Source: a virus. From it: a DNA stretch of 64,000 bases. Shown here piece by piece: positions 55,787 through 64,000 of the stretch (position 1 is the first letter of the stretch; each line of letters opens with the position of its first letter). Below the pieces are notes generated by a model. That model did not search any database, was not told where the DNA came from, and saw nothing but the letters and a program-made list of their open reading frames with translations. A program made the position numbers and the translations under genes. Location of the stretch: positions 1 through 64,000 of the IMG/VR virus record IMGVR_UViG_3300029451_000002; one strand, given 5' to 3'.

Positions 55787-56165
55787 ACTAAAGGTATATC
55801 GTATGTATGATGGTCATTGTGCCTATTGTGGCAGGACTATAGAGTACAAGGATATGCAAGTAGACCATATTGTTCCCAAAAACAGAGGAATGTATTCCAG
55901 ATGGGATGAGAAACAAGGCAAGTTCGCAGTAACTCAAGGCGAGGATAGCTTAGAGAACTATATGCCAGCTTGCCGTGCTTGTAACTTCCGTAAGAGGGAT
56001 ATGACCTTAGAACAGTTCAGAGCAGAAATAAAGAGGCAGGCGGTTGGCTTGCTAAGTGGCACTGCCAAGTTTCAAATGAAGATGAGTATTGCCTATGGTC
56101 TTATTATTCCTCAGTTCGATAAGAAGGTAGTGTTTTATTTTGAGAAAGTTAAACGTAAAGATTAA
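55752..56165 (+). CDS. HNH endonuclease (free-standing, homing-type), copy 2
   Basis: Paralog of 47240..47626; sits immediately upstream of rtcB. Confidence 0.75.
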   Translation: MKVMKEMKKETRLKVYRMYDGHCAYCGRTIEYKDMQVDHIVPKNRGMYSRWDEKQGKFAVTQGEDSLENYMPACRACNFRKRDMTLEQFRAEIKRQAVGLLSGTAKFQMKMSIAYGLIIPQFDKKVVFYFEKVKRKD

Positions 56166-56170
56166 GAGAT

Positions 56171-57376
56171 ATGAATGAGTTTACAAAGATTTTCGCAAAG
56201 ACAATAGAAGATGAAGCTATCAAACAGATAGAAACCCTATCTAATAGCGAGGCTTACAATAGTTGTAAAATAAGAATAATGCCAGATTGCCATGCAGGTA
56301 AAGGATGCACTATTGGCACGGTAATAGAGCTTGATAACAGAGTAGTTCCTAACACTGTTGGAGTAGATATAGGCTGCGGCATGAAAGTCGTAAGACTTGG
56401 TAAAGTTGATATTGACTTGCAGAAATTTGATGAAGCAGTCAATAAGTTGATTCCGTCTGGTTTTAATGTCAACGAGGGAGAAGTATCAGCCTGCATAAAC
56501 GGATTGGTTGATGGTTGTATGTTTGGCAAATTCCGTGCTTGGGATTGTCTTGACAGCATGGAAATAGTATATCGTTCTGTTGGAAGTCTTGGCGGTGGCA
56601 ATCACTTTATTGAGTTAGATGCAAATGAAGAAGGAGAGAAGTTTCTTGTGATACATACAGGAAGTAGAAACCTTGGTGTTAGGGTATGCAACTATTACCA
56701 AAAACTTGCCTACGAGTATTGCCGTAAGAAAATAGCTGATAAGTCTGAGGTTATTGCCAAGCTAAAAAGCGAAGGCAGAGAAAATGAGATACAGAGTGTT
56801 ATTAAGTCATTAGGTACTAAAAATATAAGCAAGGAACTTTCTTACTTGGAAGGTGATTTGCTCAATGACTACCTCAATGATATGCGCATAGTTCAAAAAT
56901 ATGCTGAACGAAACAGAATGATTATCGCCAACAGACTTGTAAATGCTTTAGGTGTAGATATTGATGCTAATTCAGATAAGTATTCTTTTACAACCATTCA
57001 CAACTATATAGATACAGACAAGGGTATATTGCGAAAGGGAGCTATCAGTGCAAAAAAGGATGAGGTAGTCATTATCCCAATGAATATGCGTGATGGTTCT
57101 CTTATCTGCAAGGGAAAAGGTAACAAAGATTGGCTATGCTCTGCCCCTCATGGCGCAGGTAGATTAATGTCTCGTACACAGGCAAAGAAAGAGTTATCTA
57201 TGGATTCTTACAAGAATGAAATGAATGGTATTTATTCCACATCAGTTTGTGAAGAAACCATTGATGAAGCACCTATGGCATACAAGCCAACCGAAGAGAT
57301 TGTTGAGTTAATCAAACCTACGGTTGATGTCATTGATGTCATTAAGCCAATTTACAACTTCAAAGCAAAATTATAA
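56171..57376 (+). CDS. rtcB: RNA 3'-phosphate/5'-OH ligase RtcB
   Basis: MPDCHAGKGCTIG, GVDIGCGM, GGGNHFIELD, HNYID, APHGAGR: the full set of RtcB metal- and GTP-binding motifs. Confidence 0.85.
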   Translation: MNEFTKIFAKTIEDEAIKQIETLSNSEAYNSCKIRIMPDCHAGKGCTIGTVIELDNRVVPNTVGVDIGCGMKVVRLGKVDIDLQKFDEAVNKLIPSGFNVNEGEVSACINGLVDGCMFGKFRAWDCLDSMEIVYRSVGSLGGGNHFIELDANEEGEKFLVIHTGSRNLGVRVCNYYQKLAYEYCRKKIADKSEVIAKLKSEGRENEIQSVIKSLGTKNISKELSYLEGDLLNDYLNDMRIVQKYAERNRMIIANRLVNALGVDIDANSDKYSFTTIHNYIDTDKGILRKGAISAKKDEVVIIPMNMRDGSLICKGKGNKDWLCSAPHGAGRLMSRTQAKKELSMDSYKNEMNGIYSTSVCEETIDEAPMAYKPTEEIVELIKPTVDVIDVIKPIYNFKAKL

Positions 57377-57499
57377 TGAGCAAGGAAACTGGGAGGAAGT
57401 GGAAGAATGAAAAAGAAGTATAGTTTCGCAAACGCCAAGCCTGTTCCTTTATAAAGAGTCAAAAAAGCTTGGTATTAAACAAGAGTTGCGATTGCTTTA

Positions 57500-57535
57500 A
57501 AAAGGGTAGGGGAAGTTATTCTTCCCCTATCTCTT
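57500..57535. terminator. Bidirectional terminator hairpin at the convergence point
   Basis: aggggaag-ttatt-cttcccct. Confidence 0.5.
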
Positions 57536-57953
57536 TTAAACCCAAATCTATTAATAGCTTATCCAATATTTCATTCACGTCATTACGGAAACTTCGGTAA
57601 GTAACATAATAGAAACTGATGTTTTTGTAATCATGGCTTACATTAGAACATGTACACCCCAAAACCTTAGCGATTTTTTCTCTTAACCCTCTTCTCATCT
57701 TAGAACCGCCAAGGGCACTAGGAGAATAAAGATAAAGAATAACAAAGATAAATTGCTTGCGTACCATTGTGGAATTTCGTCCGGCATGATAGCTCATAAA
57801 CTTATCGTAAATATTGCCTACTTGCGATAAGTCTTGCATCAATGGAATGGAAAGACTTATTTCTTCCTTGGATAAGATGGCCTTAGTTTCTCTAATCCAT
57901 TTTATGCGTTCCATGATTTTCTTTAGATTCATTTCAATGTCTGGTTCTTTCAT
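57516..57953 (-). CDS. hypothetical protein
   Basis: Last gene of the leftward operon. Confidence 0.45.
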   Translation of the reverse strand: MKEPDIEMNLKKIMERIKWIRETKAILSKEEISLSIPLMQDLSQVGNIYDKFMSYHAGRNSTMVRKQFIFVILYLYSPSALGGSKMRRGLREKIAKVLGCTCSNVSHDYKNISFYYVTYRSFRNDVNEILDKLLIDLGLKEIGEE

Positions 57954-58108
57954 TCTTTTCTATTTTTAATCCAACATTTCATAGACGAAGTTAACCTCGT
58001 CTGCATCTATTTGTTTCCTAAACTTTTCTATGTTAGAAACTATCAACGAGCAGTGCTCGTACGAACTCTGCCCATTGATAACTTTTTCTATTCTTGTTAT
58101 TCGGTATC

Positions 58109-58651
58109 TCATTTTATTTCGATAAGCGTTAAAATACAATACCCCAATAAATCTTTATAGCTGTCTAGGACAGGCTCTTCTTTAGCATCCTCGTTCAAAG
58201 TCAGCAAAGAGCAAATACGATTAATCTTCTCTTGCAAATGACCGAAGGCATACGGATAACCATCTTTAGCAAAACATTCAGAAAATGCGTTTCCATACCG
58301 CTTATTTTTGGTTTTGAACAATTCGATTTGCGACTCGATGATGTCGTTATAATCTGAAACAATATACCAAGAGAGCGTAAGCAAGGCTTCCATCGCCATT
58401 ACACTGATATGGCTTCGTAAGGTTTCTTTGTCTTCAGAAGATGCTCGTATCCCATACATAAGACGAAGGAAATTGGCTGCGCTTGAAAATAATCCGAGCT
58501 TTCCGAAGTCCTCCCTTAGAGATGAAACGAAAGTGGCATTATCCTTGCATTCAATCATGTCTGCCAAACGTCTTATCACAAAGATATACTTGTTAGCATA
58601 TTCGCAACACCCATTGTTATTTTGTTCCACCATGTCCGTATCCTCCTCCAC
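58109..58651 (-). CDS. putative MazG-like nucleotide pyrophosphohydrolase
   Basis: KNKRYGNAF...G....L.EKINR pattern resembling the MazG family. Confidence 0.3.
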   Translation of the reverse strand: MEEDTDMVEQNNNGCCEYANKYIFVIRRLADMIECKDNATFVSSLREDFGKLGLFSSAANFLRLMYGIRASSEDKETLRSHISVMAMEALLTLSWYIVSDYNDIIESQIELFKTKNKRYGNAFSECFAKDGYPYAFGHLQEKINRICSLLTLNEDAKEEPVLDSYKDLLGYCILTLIEIK

Positions 58652-59204
58652 GATTATTTTCCATATTCAACTCTCCAAGTATGCAATCTGGATTTTCTAC
58701 CTTGCGGAATGCGCCCTGGCAAACACGAGTGCCTTTCTTGACTACGAAAACATAATATTCGTAATCTGAATCTAGTTTAAATTTGCTATCCTTTGTCGGC
58801 ATATAACGGTCGGAATTAACTCTATAAAGCGCACCAATATTGTCCCTATAATCTTCATCGACCAGACCTAGGCAAATATCAATATCCGCTCTAACATTAG
58901 TCATGTAACCAACTCGTGTTTCGTTCTTGCCAATAAAGGCCACATCAACTTGCATACCTTTGTCAGTAAAGCCAGAACGTGAACGAATATCCAAGCCAAC
59001 ATCTTTAGGAAGTTCCACGCCTAAATGCAGATTTATGTGACCTCTTCCCATTTTCACCCAAGGCATATTCAATACCACATCTTGTGGACAGTAAAAATCA
59101 ACTGCCGCAGCATTACCTTCCTTATAAGGAACACGACCACCTCGCAAGTCAAGTACATAAGCCTTGCCTTGTGCTACTAACTTCTTTATTAACTCCTTAT
59201 CCAT
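58617..59204 (-). CDS. dut: dUTP diphosphatase (dUTPase)
   Basis: AAAVDFY, IRSRSG, GLVDEDYRDNIG, NRGGGYGHGG correspond to dUTPase motifs 1, 2, 3 and 5. Confidence 0.75.
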   Translation of the reverse strand: MDKELIKKLVAQGKAYVLDLRGGRVPYKEGNAAAVDFYCPQDVVLNMPWVKMGRGHINLHLGVELPKDVGLDIRSRSGFTDKGMQVDVAFIGKNETRVGYMTNVRADIDICLGLVDEDYRDNIGALYRVNSDRYMPTKDSKFKLDSDYEYYVFVVKKGTRVCQGAFRKVENPDCILGELNMENNRGGGYGHGGTK

Positions 59205-59344
59205 TGTATATAAAGCCTAAATCATTTAAAGTTCTACAATTCTTAACCAGTCCTTTTGCCCATAAATTACGCAACTCAGGTAACGGGTCTTTTCCGTACC
59301 TATTCTTTATGGTTGCTAAGGTCAAGATTTCCGGTTTAATATGT

Positions 59345-59827
59345 TTATCTCTTTTCTGCTGTCTTAGCTCCTTCAGAATATTCTCCAAGTTCTCCATTGA
59401 CGAAATCCTCCATTGTTATATTGTCAACCCCAAATTTATCAGCCAGATCATCGTTCCCAATAATCAGCCAATTAGATTTGTCTTTGAGAAACTCAATACT
59501 CTCGGTGCTTTTTGCAGCATCAACAAAAGTATCATCAATATTATCAGTAGAGCAATATGGAACTACCGCATTAACTGTATACATAGCAATTTCGTATGAA
59601 ATAACCGATACCATTTTCTTGAATGTTATATCGCTTGAATACATTACTTGGTTCTTGTCATATCCTAAGATGTTGACACGGACTATATTATTATCTGCTT
59701 GCAACGCTCTAAAGAAATCGTGCTTTAGCTGAAAATCCGTAATATCTACAGGATGCTCGTTACCCGATGGAATACTTATAATATCCAACAGGCTTACAAA
59801 AATAACTTTTTTATTCATTGTCTTCAT
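59345..59827 (-). CDS. hypothetical protein
   Basis: ATG ORF in the minus operon. Confidence 0.45.
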   Translation of the reverse strand: MKTMNKKVIFVSLLDIISIPSGNEHPVDITDFQLKHDFFRALQADNNIVRVNILGYDKNQVMYSSDITFKKMVSVISYEIAMYTVNAVVPYCSTDNIDDTFVDAAKSTESIEFLKDKSNWLIIGNDDLADKFGVDNITMEDFVNGELGEYSEGAKTAEKR

Positions 59828-60071
59828 CTGTTAATAATTTATCTATTGTTTTTTCTAATTCGTCTAATCTTAGAGTATAATCCTCTTCGTAAACGCATGT
59901 CAATGTAGAAATAAAGAACTTATCATTATCTGTTCTCAATTCAATCTCCATGTATTCCTCGTAATAGCTATCATATTTAATTACTATCGAAAAGGAGTTC
60001 ATGTAATTTGGGTCAAACCTTCTCTGCAAAGCTTGTGCTCTCGTAAACGCATCATTGAATTCGTTTGTCAT
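59811..60071 (-). CDS. hypothetical protein
   Basis: ATG ORF. Confidence 0.4.
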   Translation of the reverse strand: MTNEFNDAFTRAQALQRRFDPNYMNSFSIVIKYDSYYEEYMEIELRTDNDKFFISTLTCVYEEDYTLRLDELEKTIDKLLTDEDNE

Positions 60072-60454
60072 GGTTCAATATTTTGTGTAAGCATTTCTCT
60101 GTTCTTTGCCATTGCATCATGGAAGCCTATATCGTATCTGTCGGTCTGCTCCAGCTCATAGTTCCGCTTTATAAGTTCACTTGTCTGATACGAACTCTTT
60201 GCTAGTTGAATTTTAAAATAGATAAACTCAACAAACATAACCATAAAGCAGATAGCAAAGCCTATTATTACGGCAGCCTTTGTATTCTCCTTACAGAACC
60301 TTACAATACACTTAGCAAGCCAGCATGTTGTACTAACTATGCCTACAAGTACAAGGTAAGGAATTCGTAAAAGAACCTTGCATAACATACCCATAGTACT
60401 CTTCGTATAAGATGCGAAATCCGTACTTGTAAAAACTAACTTTAACTTCTTCAT
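60068..60454 (-). CDS. membrane protein (multi-TM)
   Basis: Several hydrophobic segments. Confidence 0.4.
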   Translation of the reverse strand: MKKLKLVFTSTDFASYTKSTMGMLCKVLLRIPYLVLVGIVSTTCWLAKCIVRFCKENTKAAVIIGFAICFMVMFVEFIYFKIQLAKSSYQTSELIKRNYELEQTDRYDIGFHDAMAKNREMLTQNIEP

Positions 60455-60462
60455 ATTTTAGC

Positions 60463-60942
60463 CTATTTAATGTTTATCAAAAGTCTTTTGTTAACGAACC
60501 ACAACAAATCAATACCATTCATCATGCAATATCCGCAAAGCATGCCAATCAAGATTATTATCTTCTTGAACACTCGGTAATGTGTCATTTCAATCTTCAG
60601 CATAGACATCATCAAGTCTTCAAAGGAACGGTCTCTCATTGAATCTGGGTCTAGCCTCAATGATTTGACATTCATCTTGTACTTATTGGCCATTGAGAAT
60701 AATATAATAGCAAACTCTGCTAATTTGTCCTCTAGAGTTCCGGCAACGAGTTTAGAATATATTTCTATCGTACCACGTCCATTAACATTTTCATATTCCC
60801 AACGTTTGGCGTTGAAACGACCTTCGTATTTGCGCATTTCTACAATAGCGTCAATTACGTTGAATGTTTCTGCTCTTTGGGTCTGGCTAGCAACATCAAA
60901 GTTGCAAGCCTCTATAATCTGTTCTATTTCTGCTATCTCCAT
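60463..60942 (-). CDS. hypothetical protein
   Basis: ATG ORF. Confidence 0.45.
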   Translation of the reverse strand: MEIAEIEQIIEACNFDVASQTQRAETFNVIDAIVEMRKYEGRFNAKRWEYENVNGRGTIEIYSKLVAGTLEDKLAEFAIILFSMANKYKMNVKSLRLDPDSMRDRSFEDLMMSMLKIEMTHYRVFKKIIILIGMLCGYCMMNGIDLLWFVNKRLLINIK

Positions 60943-60943
60943 T

Positions 60944-61237
60944 TTATACTATTGAATCTAAGTCAAAATCATTAGAAGGAATGAAAGCCACATGGTCTTT
61001 CTCCCTTGTCATCGTTTTCTCTCCTGTTCGCACGCAATTAATTTGCTTGGGATTTTTATGTCGTACCACAAATGTTCCAAAGCTGCGTATCATAACACGG
61101 TCTCTGTTGCGCAACGATTGCTTTGTGAGGTCTATGAAATAATTCACAATGGCTTGAACATCATCCTTGCGGAACTTTTTGCCATTTACATCTCTAAGGT
61201 TCTTAATGATTGCCTTGACAATTTCTTCTTTCTTCAT
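60944..61237 (-). CDS. hup: HU/IHF-family DNA-binding protein
   Basis: IRSFGTFVVRHKNPKQINCVRTGEKTMTREKDHVAFIPSNDF matches the HU arm signature (GxF.V..R..R.GRNP.TGE.I.I). Confidence 0.65.
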   Translation of the reverse strand: MKKEEIVKAIIKNLRDVNGKKFRKDDVQAIVNYFIDLTKQSLRNRDRVMIRSFGTFVVRHKNPKQINCVRTGEKTMTREKDHVAFIPSNDFDLDSIV

Positions 61238-61943
61238 ATTCTCTAAGTTTTTTATTCCCTAAACTTCTAATCAAGTCGTATGGGTCTATACCATATTTCT
61301 TAACGAAACATTCTCTTAGCTTGCATATAGCCTTAAAATCTGCATTTGTTGTATTCTTGACTATCATATAAGCTGAGTCTAATCTAATATCAGCTTTAGG
61401 AGTTTTTACCCGAAAAATCTTGTTGCCTTTCTCGTCTTCGATAAGTTCTATATTAACTTCCTCGCCCTTAGCTTTTTTTCTTGCCGCCCATTCTTCATAA
61501 GTGATGGCATTTTGCTTGATAGCCTCATCTTCTTTAGCCTCTTTCTCTTTCTGTATATTTGCCTCTACTGCTTTTATGGCATCTATACGATTGGAACAGA
61601 AAGTATTCAAGCTCTTTGTTATAACTTGCGGATTTGGCTTCTTGTAGAATTTCTCAAACTTTCCGGCAATAAACATCTTGAAGAAAGTAATCAGCTCGTT
61701 CAGATTAAGGAAATAATACTCATCCTTTATAGCATTTGCAGTCATTATCTTGATATTTTCAGTAGCCTCATTATTTACAAAGCCACAAATACCATAGACA
61801 TCAGAAACCCATGCTACAAGCCATGTTATTGCACTTCCTTCTCCATAACACAAGTCAAGATAGGTAAGTGTTGGTGCGTTGCTTTTAAAAGCTTTCCCGA
61901 TTGGCATCTTACTACCTACTTGGCTTGATGGAGAGAAAGACAT
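61203..61943 (-). CDS. hypothetical replication-module protein
   Basis: The track ORF runs to 62105 and would overlap the upstream gene by 137 nt; the internal Met at 61943 removes the overlap. Confidence 0.4.
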   Translation of the reverse strand: MSFSPSSQVGSKMPIGKAFKSNAPTLTYLDLCYGEGSAITWLVAWVSDVYGICGFVNNEATENIKIMTANAIKDEYYFLNLNELITFFKMFIAGKFEKFYKKPNPQVITKSLNTFCSNRIDAIKAVEANIQKEKEAKEDEAIKQNAITYEEWAARKKAKGEEVNIELIEDEKGNKIFRVKTPKADIRLDSAYMIVKNTTNADFKAICKLRECFVKKYGIDPYDLIRSLGNKKLREYEERRNCQGNH

Positions 61944-61968
61944 TAGAACGTTATCGAATGTTCCGTAC

Positions 61969-62664
61969 TCATTGAATATTCGTTGCTTTTCTCTGTTGAT
62001 TGAGACGCTGCACGAGGTCGGCTGATTCTTGGTAATAGCCTTGCTCTGCGTCTTTATTAGTCCCTTGCTTTCTATCATCATAATTTCCTTCCAATACTTT
62101 AACAAAATTATTTGGTCTCATAATCCAATCAAAACTCGCCATCCATCCATTACTACCATTAAGGAATGAAGATGCTGCCGCCTTGTCAATCATCAACTTC
62201 ATCTGCTCACTCCCATATTCTTTAAGCCGTGAATTAATCATTGACTTTCTCTTCGATGTCAGGGCATGAACTAGAGGCATTCCTCTTCCAGCGATAACCT
62301 TATTGAAATATTCGCAAACCTTTTTTGCTTTATCATCCACTTGTTGTACACTAGGGACGTTATTCAATGCTATTCGTTCAGGTTCATTCTTGTGTGGTTT
62401 AGATTCTTCACCTTCAGCAAATTCTATGTTGTCTTCATGTTTCCAAATAAAGACTTTTCCGTTTCCGATAGATACCATTTGTTTCTGAAATAACCCATCA
62501 ATAGCTTTTTTTGTCTTTGCAACCGACATACCTATCTTTTCCGATAATTCTTTGTTGCTCCCATACACATATCCGTCTTTGTCAGCATTAAATGAAAGAC
62601 GTACGAAAGCGACTAATTCATCAGCATCCAAGCTACACGCTTTTTCGTCTAATTTTACTATCAT
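61969..62664 (-). CDS. putative replication initiator / replisome organiser (winged-helix N-terminus)
   Basis: N-terminal wHTH-like segment VAFVRLSFNADKDGYVYGSNKELSEKIGMSVAKTKKAIDGL. Confidence 0.3.
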   Translation of the reverse strand: MIVKLDEKACSLDADELVAFVRLSFNADKDGYVYGSNKELSEKIGMSVAKTKKAIDGLFQKQMVSIGNGKVFIWKHEDNIEFAEGEESKPHKNEPERIALNNVPSVQQVDDKAKKVCEYFNKVIAGRGMPLVHALTSKRKSMINSRLKEYGSEQMKLMIDKAAASSFLNGSNGWMASFDWIMRPNNFVKVLEGNYDDRKQGTNKDAEQGYYQESADLVQRLNQQRKATNIQ

Positions 62665-62667
62665 ATC

Positions 62668-63840
62668 TTAAAAGAATGTATTTGTTAATTGTTTATTTCC
62701 ACTCATTATTACCCACTTTCCTTTGCCGTTTAGGTCTAGCAATTTCAAGTCTTCAACTTTCCCGAACCTCTCATAAGTACCGCAGAGGTCAACAAACCAA
62801 GGTCGTTTCCCTTTTGATAGTCTAAGAAGTCTTCCTACGACTTGATAGTATTGCGCTAATGAACGTGTTGGCTTTGCATACACGACCGTATCTAACTCCG
62901 GATAGTCAAAACCTACGACCAATATTTGACTATTTACCAATACCTTAGTCTGACCATTACGGAAACGCTCGATGATTGCTTCACGTTCTTTCGGTGGTGT
63001 CTCGCCACAGACCATTTCGCAGTTAGGTATGGAATAGGTCAGTTTCTGAGCCTCCTTAACGAACTTCGTAAAAACCAAGATACCTTTACGCTGTCCACCT
63101 CGTTTAGGATTAAGCAATCTTTTAACAACACTAACTAGCCATCCGTACAAATCTACACGTTCATATTCTTGCTTGACACTTTGATCAGTGTAATCACGGC
63201 AAGTTGAATTGAGCTGCAAGTTTCCTTCGTTCCATTGTGGTGGTGGGCATGTGTAATAGTTCGGAAGACAGATATATCCGTTCTTTGCCATATCCTCAAC
63301 TTGAACATAGTAAATAAGCTCCTTGAAAATCTTGTCTCTACTTCTTGTCAGAAACTTCAGTATGCTACCATAGTTCTGATAGGAATACAGACGGAAAGGT
63401 GTTGCGGTTAAACCTATGACCTTGCTCTTTAATTTATCAAGAAACTCCTTATACATGCCGGATTCAGGTTTCACTAAATGAACCTCATCAATCAATATGT
63501 ATTTGAAGTCAGTAAACAATTCGGGATGTCCTTTCACGCTACCAATTGTAGCAAAAGTAACATCGCTGATTTCTTTTGATTTAAAGCTAGCGGAATAGAT
63601 GCTGGCATTATCAAATCCATAAGAACAATACTTCTTGTAGTTTTGTTCCAAAATTTCCTTAGTAGGAGAGAACACAAGCACTTTATCCTTGAGCCTAGCA
63701 GCTATATCTGCCAAAATCAATGATTTGCCCGATGCAGTAGGGAGCACTTCCAGAGCGTTCCAATTTTTCTTTTCATCCAAGAAAAACTCAACTGCCTTCT
63801 TGCTTGCTTCTTCTTGATATGGTCTTAATTTAAACTTCAT
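62668..63840 (-). CDS. SF2 DEAD/DEAH-box DNA helicase
   Basis: Motif I PTASGKS, motif II DEVH, motif III TATP, motif VI QVVGRLLR. Confidence 0.8.
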   Translation of the reverse strand: MKFKLRPYQEEASKKAVEFFLDEKKNWNALEVLPTASGKSLILADIAARLKDKVLVFSPTKEILEQNYKKYCSYGFDNASIYSASFKSKEISDVTFATIGSVKGHPELFTDFKYILIDEVHLVKPESGMYKEFLDKLKSKVIGLTATPFRLYSYQNYGSILKFLTRSRDKIFKELIYYVQVEDMAKNGYICLPNYYTCPPPQWNEGNLQLNSTCRDYTDQSVKQEYERVDLYGWLVSVVKRLLNPKRGGQRKGILVFTKFVKEAQKLTYSIPNCEMVCGETPPKEREAIIERFRNGQTKVLVNSQILVVGFDYPELDTVVYAKPTRSLAQYYQVVGRLLRLSKGKRPWFVDLCGTYERFGKVEDLKLLDLNGKGKWVIMSGNKQLTNTFF

Positions 63841-63937
63841 TTCACAAATAATATGAAATCACTTTTGTTACTATATAGGAATGCACAAGTCTTATGCATA
63901 ACAAAAGCCAATAGAAAAATGACCTTACAGTTTTTAT

Positions 63938-63990
63938 GGTGTGTCTCACCAAGACGATTGCAAAGGTACGAAGAATAATTTAATAATGCA
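63938..63990 (-). promoter_or_regulatory. Minus-strand promoter (TACCTTTG box; plus-strand coordinates about 63961-63968) plus conserved leader motif (63938-63950) driving the helicase operon
   Basis: Reverse complement reads ttgcattattaaattattcttcgtacctttgcaatcgtcttggtgagacacaccataaaaactg. Confidence 0.55.
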
Positions 63991-64000
63991 AACAATTTAG

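Noticed and set aside
1-64000. Looked for CRISPR arrays (regularly spaced 25-40-bp direct repeats) and for reverse transcriptase, retron or DGR components
   Set aside because: No spaced direct-repeat array and no RT-like ORF found. The only tandem array is the 10-bp repeat at 17288-17377, whose units are too short and have no spacers.

Overview
The window is a dense, AT-rich, mosaic segment of a tailed phage (or prophage) whose host is almost certainly Bacteroidetes. Nearly every intergenic gap carries the Bacteroidetes -7 promoter box TAnnTTTG (mostly TATCTTTG), and there are no Shine-Dalgarno sequences. No integrase or att site is present in the window.

Main blocks, left to right:
- 0.5-9.3 kb: small rightward accessory/early genes, including a Dam-like N6-adenine methyltransferase.
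- 4.3-4.75 kb: a GC-rich non-coding island with long-range complementarity.
- 9.3-16.3 kb: a mirror-symmetric pair of convergent operons. Each has its own HTH regulator and divergent promoters, and each starts with paralogous genes. The module encloses an ASCH-domain gene and a Rha/KilAC antirepressor.
- 16.3-18.3 kb: a moron island with a membrane protein, a small promoter-to-terminator unit holding nine in-register 10-bp tandem repeats, and a hicA-hicB toxin-antitoxin pair.
- 18.4-24.7 kb: a 2091-aa tape-measure-like protein.
- 24.8-26.2 kb: ThyX and RNase H.
- 26.3-31.8 kb: small genes, including an SPFH-domain lipoprotein.
- 31.8-32.4 kb: a cluster of five tRNAs (Glu, Gln, Tyr, an atypical Thr-like tRNA, Lys) behind its own promoter.
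- 33.1-34.7 kb: a GCS2-like amidoligase next to a class-II (Ntn) glutamine amidotransferase.
- 34.9-40.4 kb: a lambda-like head/tail module (scaffold, decoration-like, gpE-family major capsid protein, connectors, tail tube, G/GT-like chaperone).
- 41.3-47.6 kb: a DNA-modification island with a C5-cytosine methyltransferase, three amino-methyltransferases, an HNH-AP2 gene and a free-standing HNH gene.
- 47.6-56 kb: many small genes (DUF551 paralogs, a YopX-like protein, a small HExxH protein), plus a short apparent inversion (about 50.5-51.3 kb) that splits a paralog.
- 55.8-57.4 kb: an HNH paralog followed by RtcB RNA ligase.
- 57.5-63.9 kb: a leftward operon with helicase, replication proteins, HU, dUTPase and a MazG-like protein.

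A roughly 200-bp cassette of terminator hairpin, TATCTTTG promoter and a conserved leader with the motif GGTGAGACACACC recurs at at least five operon starts. The most novel candidates are the amidoligase/GATase pair beside the tRNA and head genes, the 10-bp tandem-repeat transcriptional unit upstream of hicAB, the atypical tRNA, the conserved leader element, and the mirror-image regulatory module. All coordinates come from reading the sequence by eye and from the supplied ORF track; nothing was run against a database.
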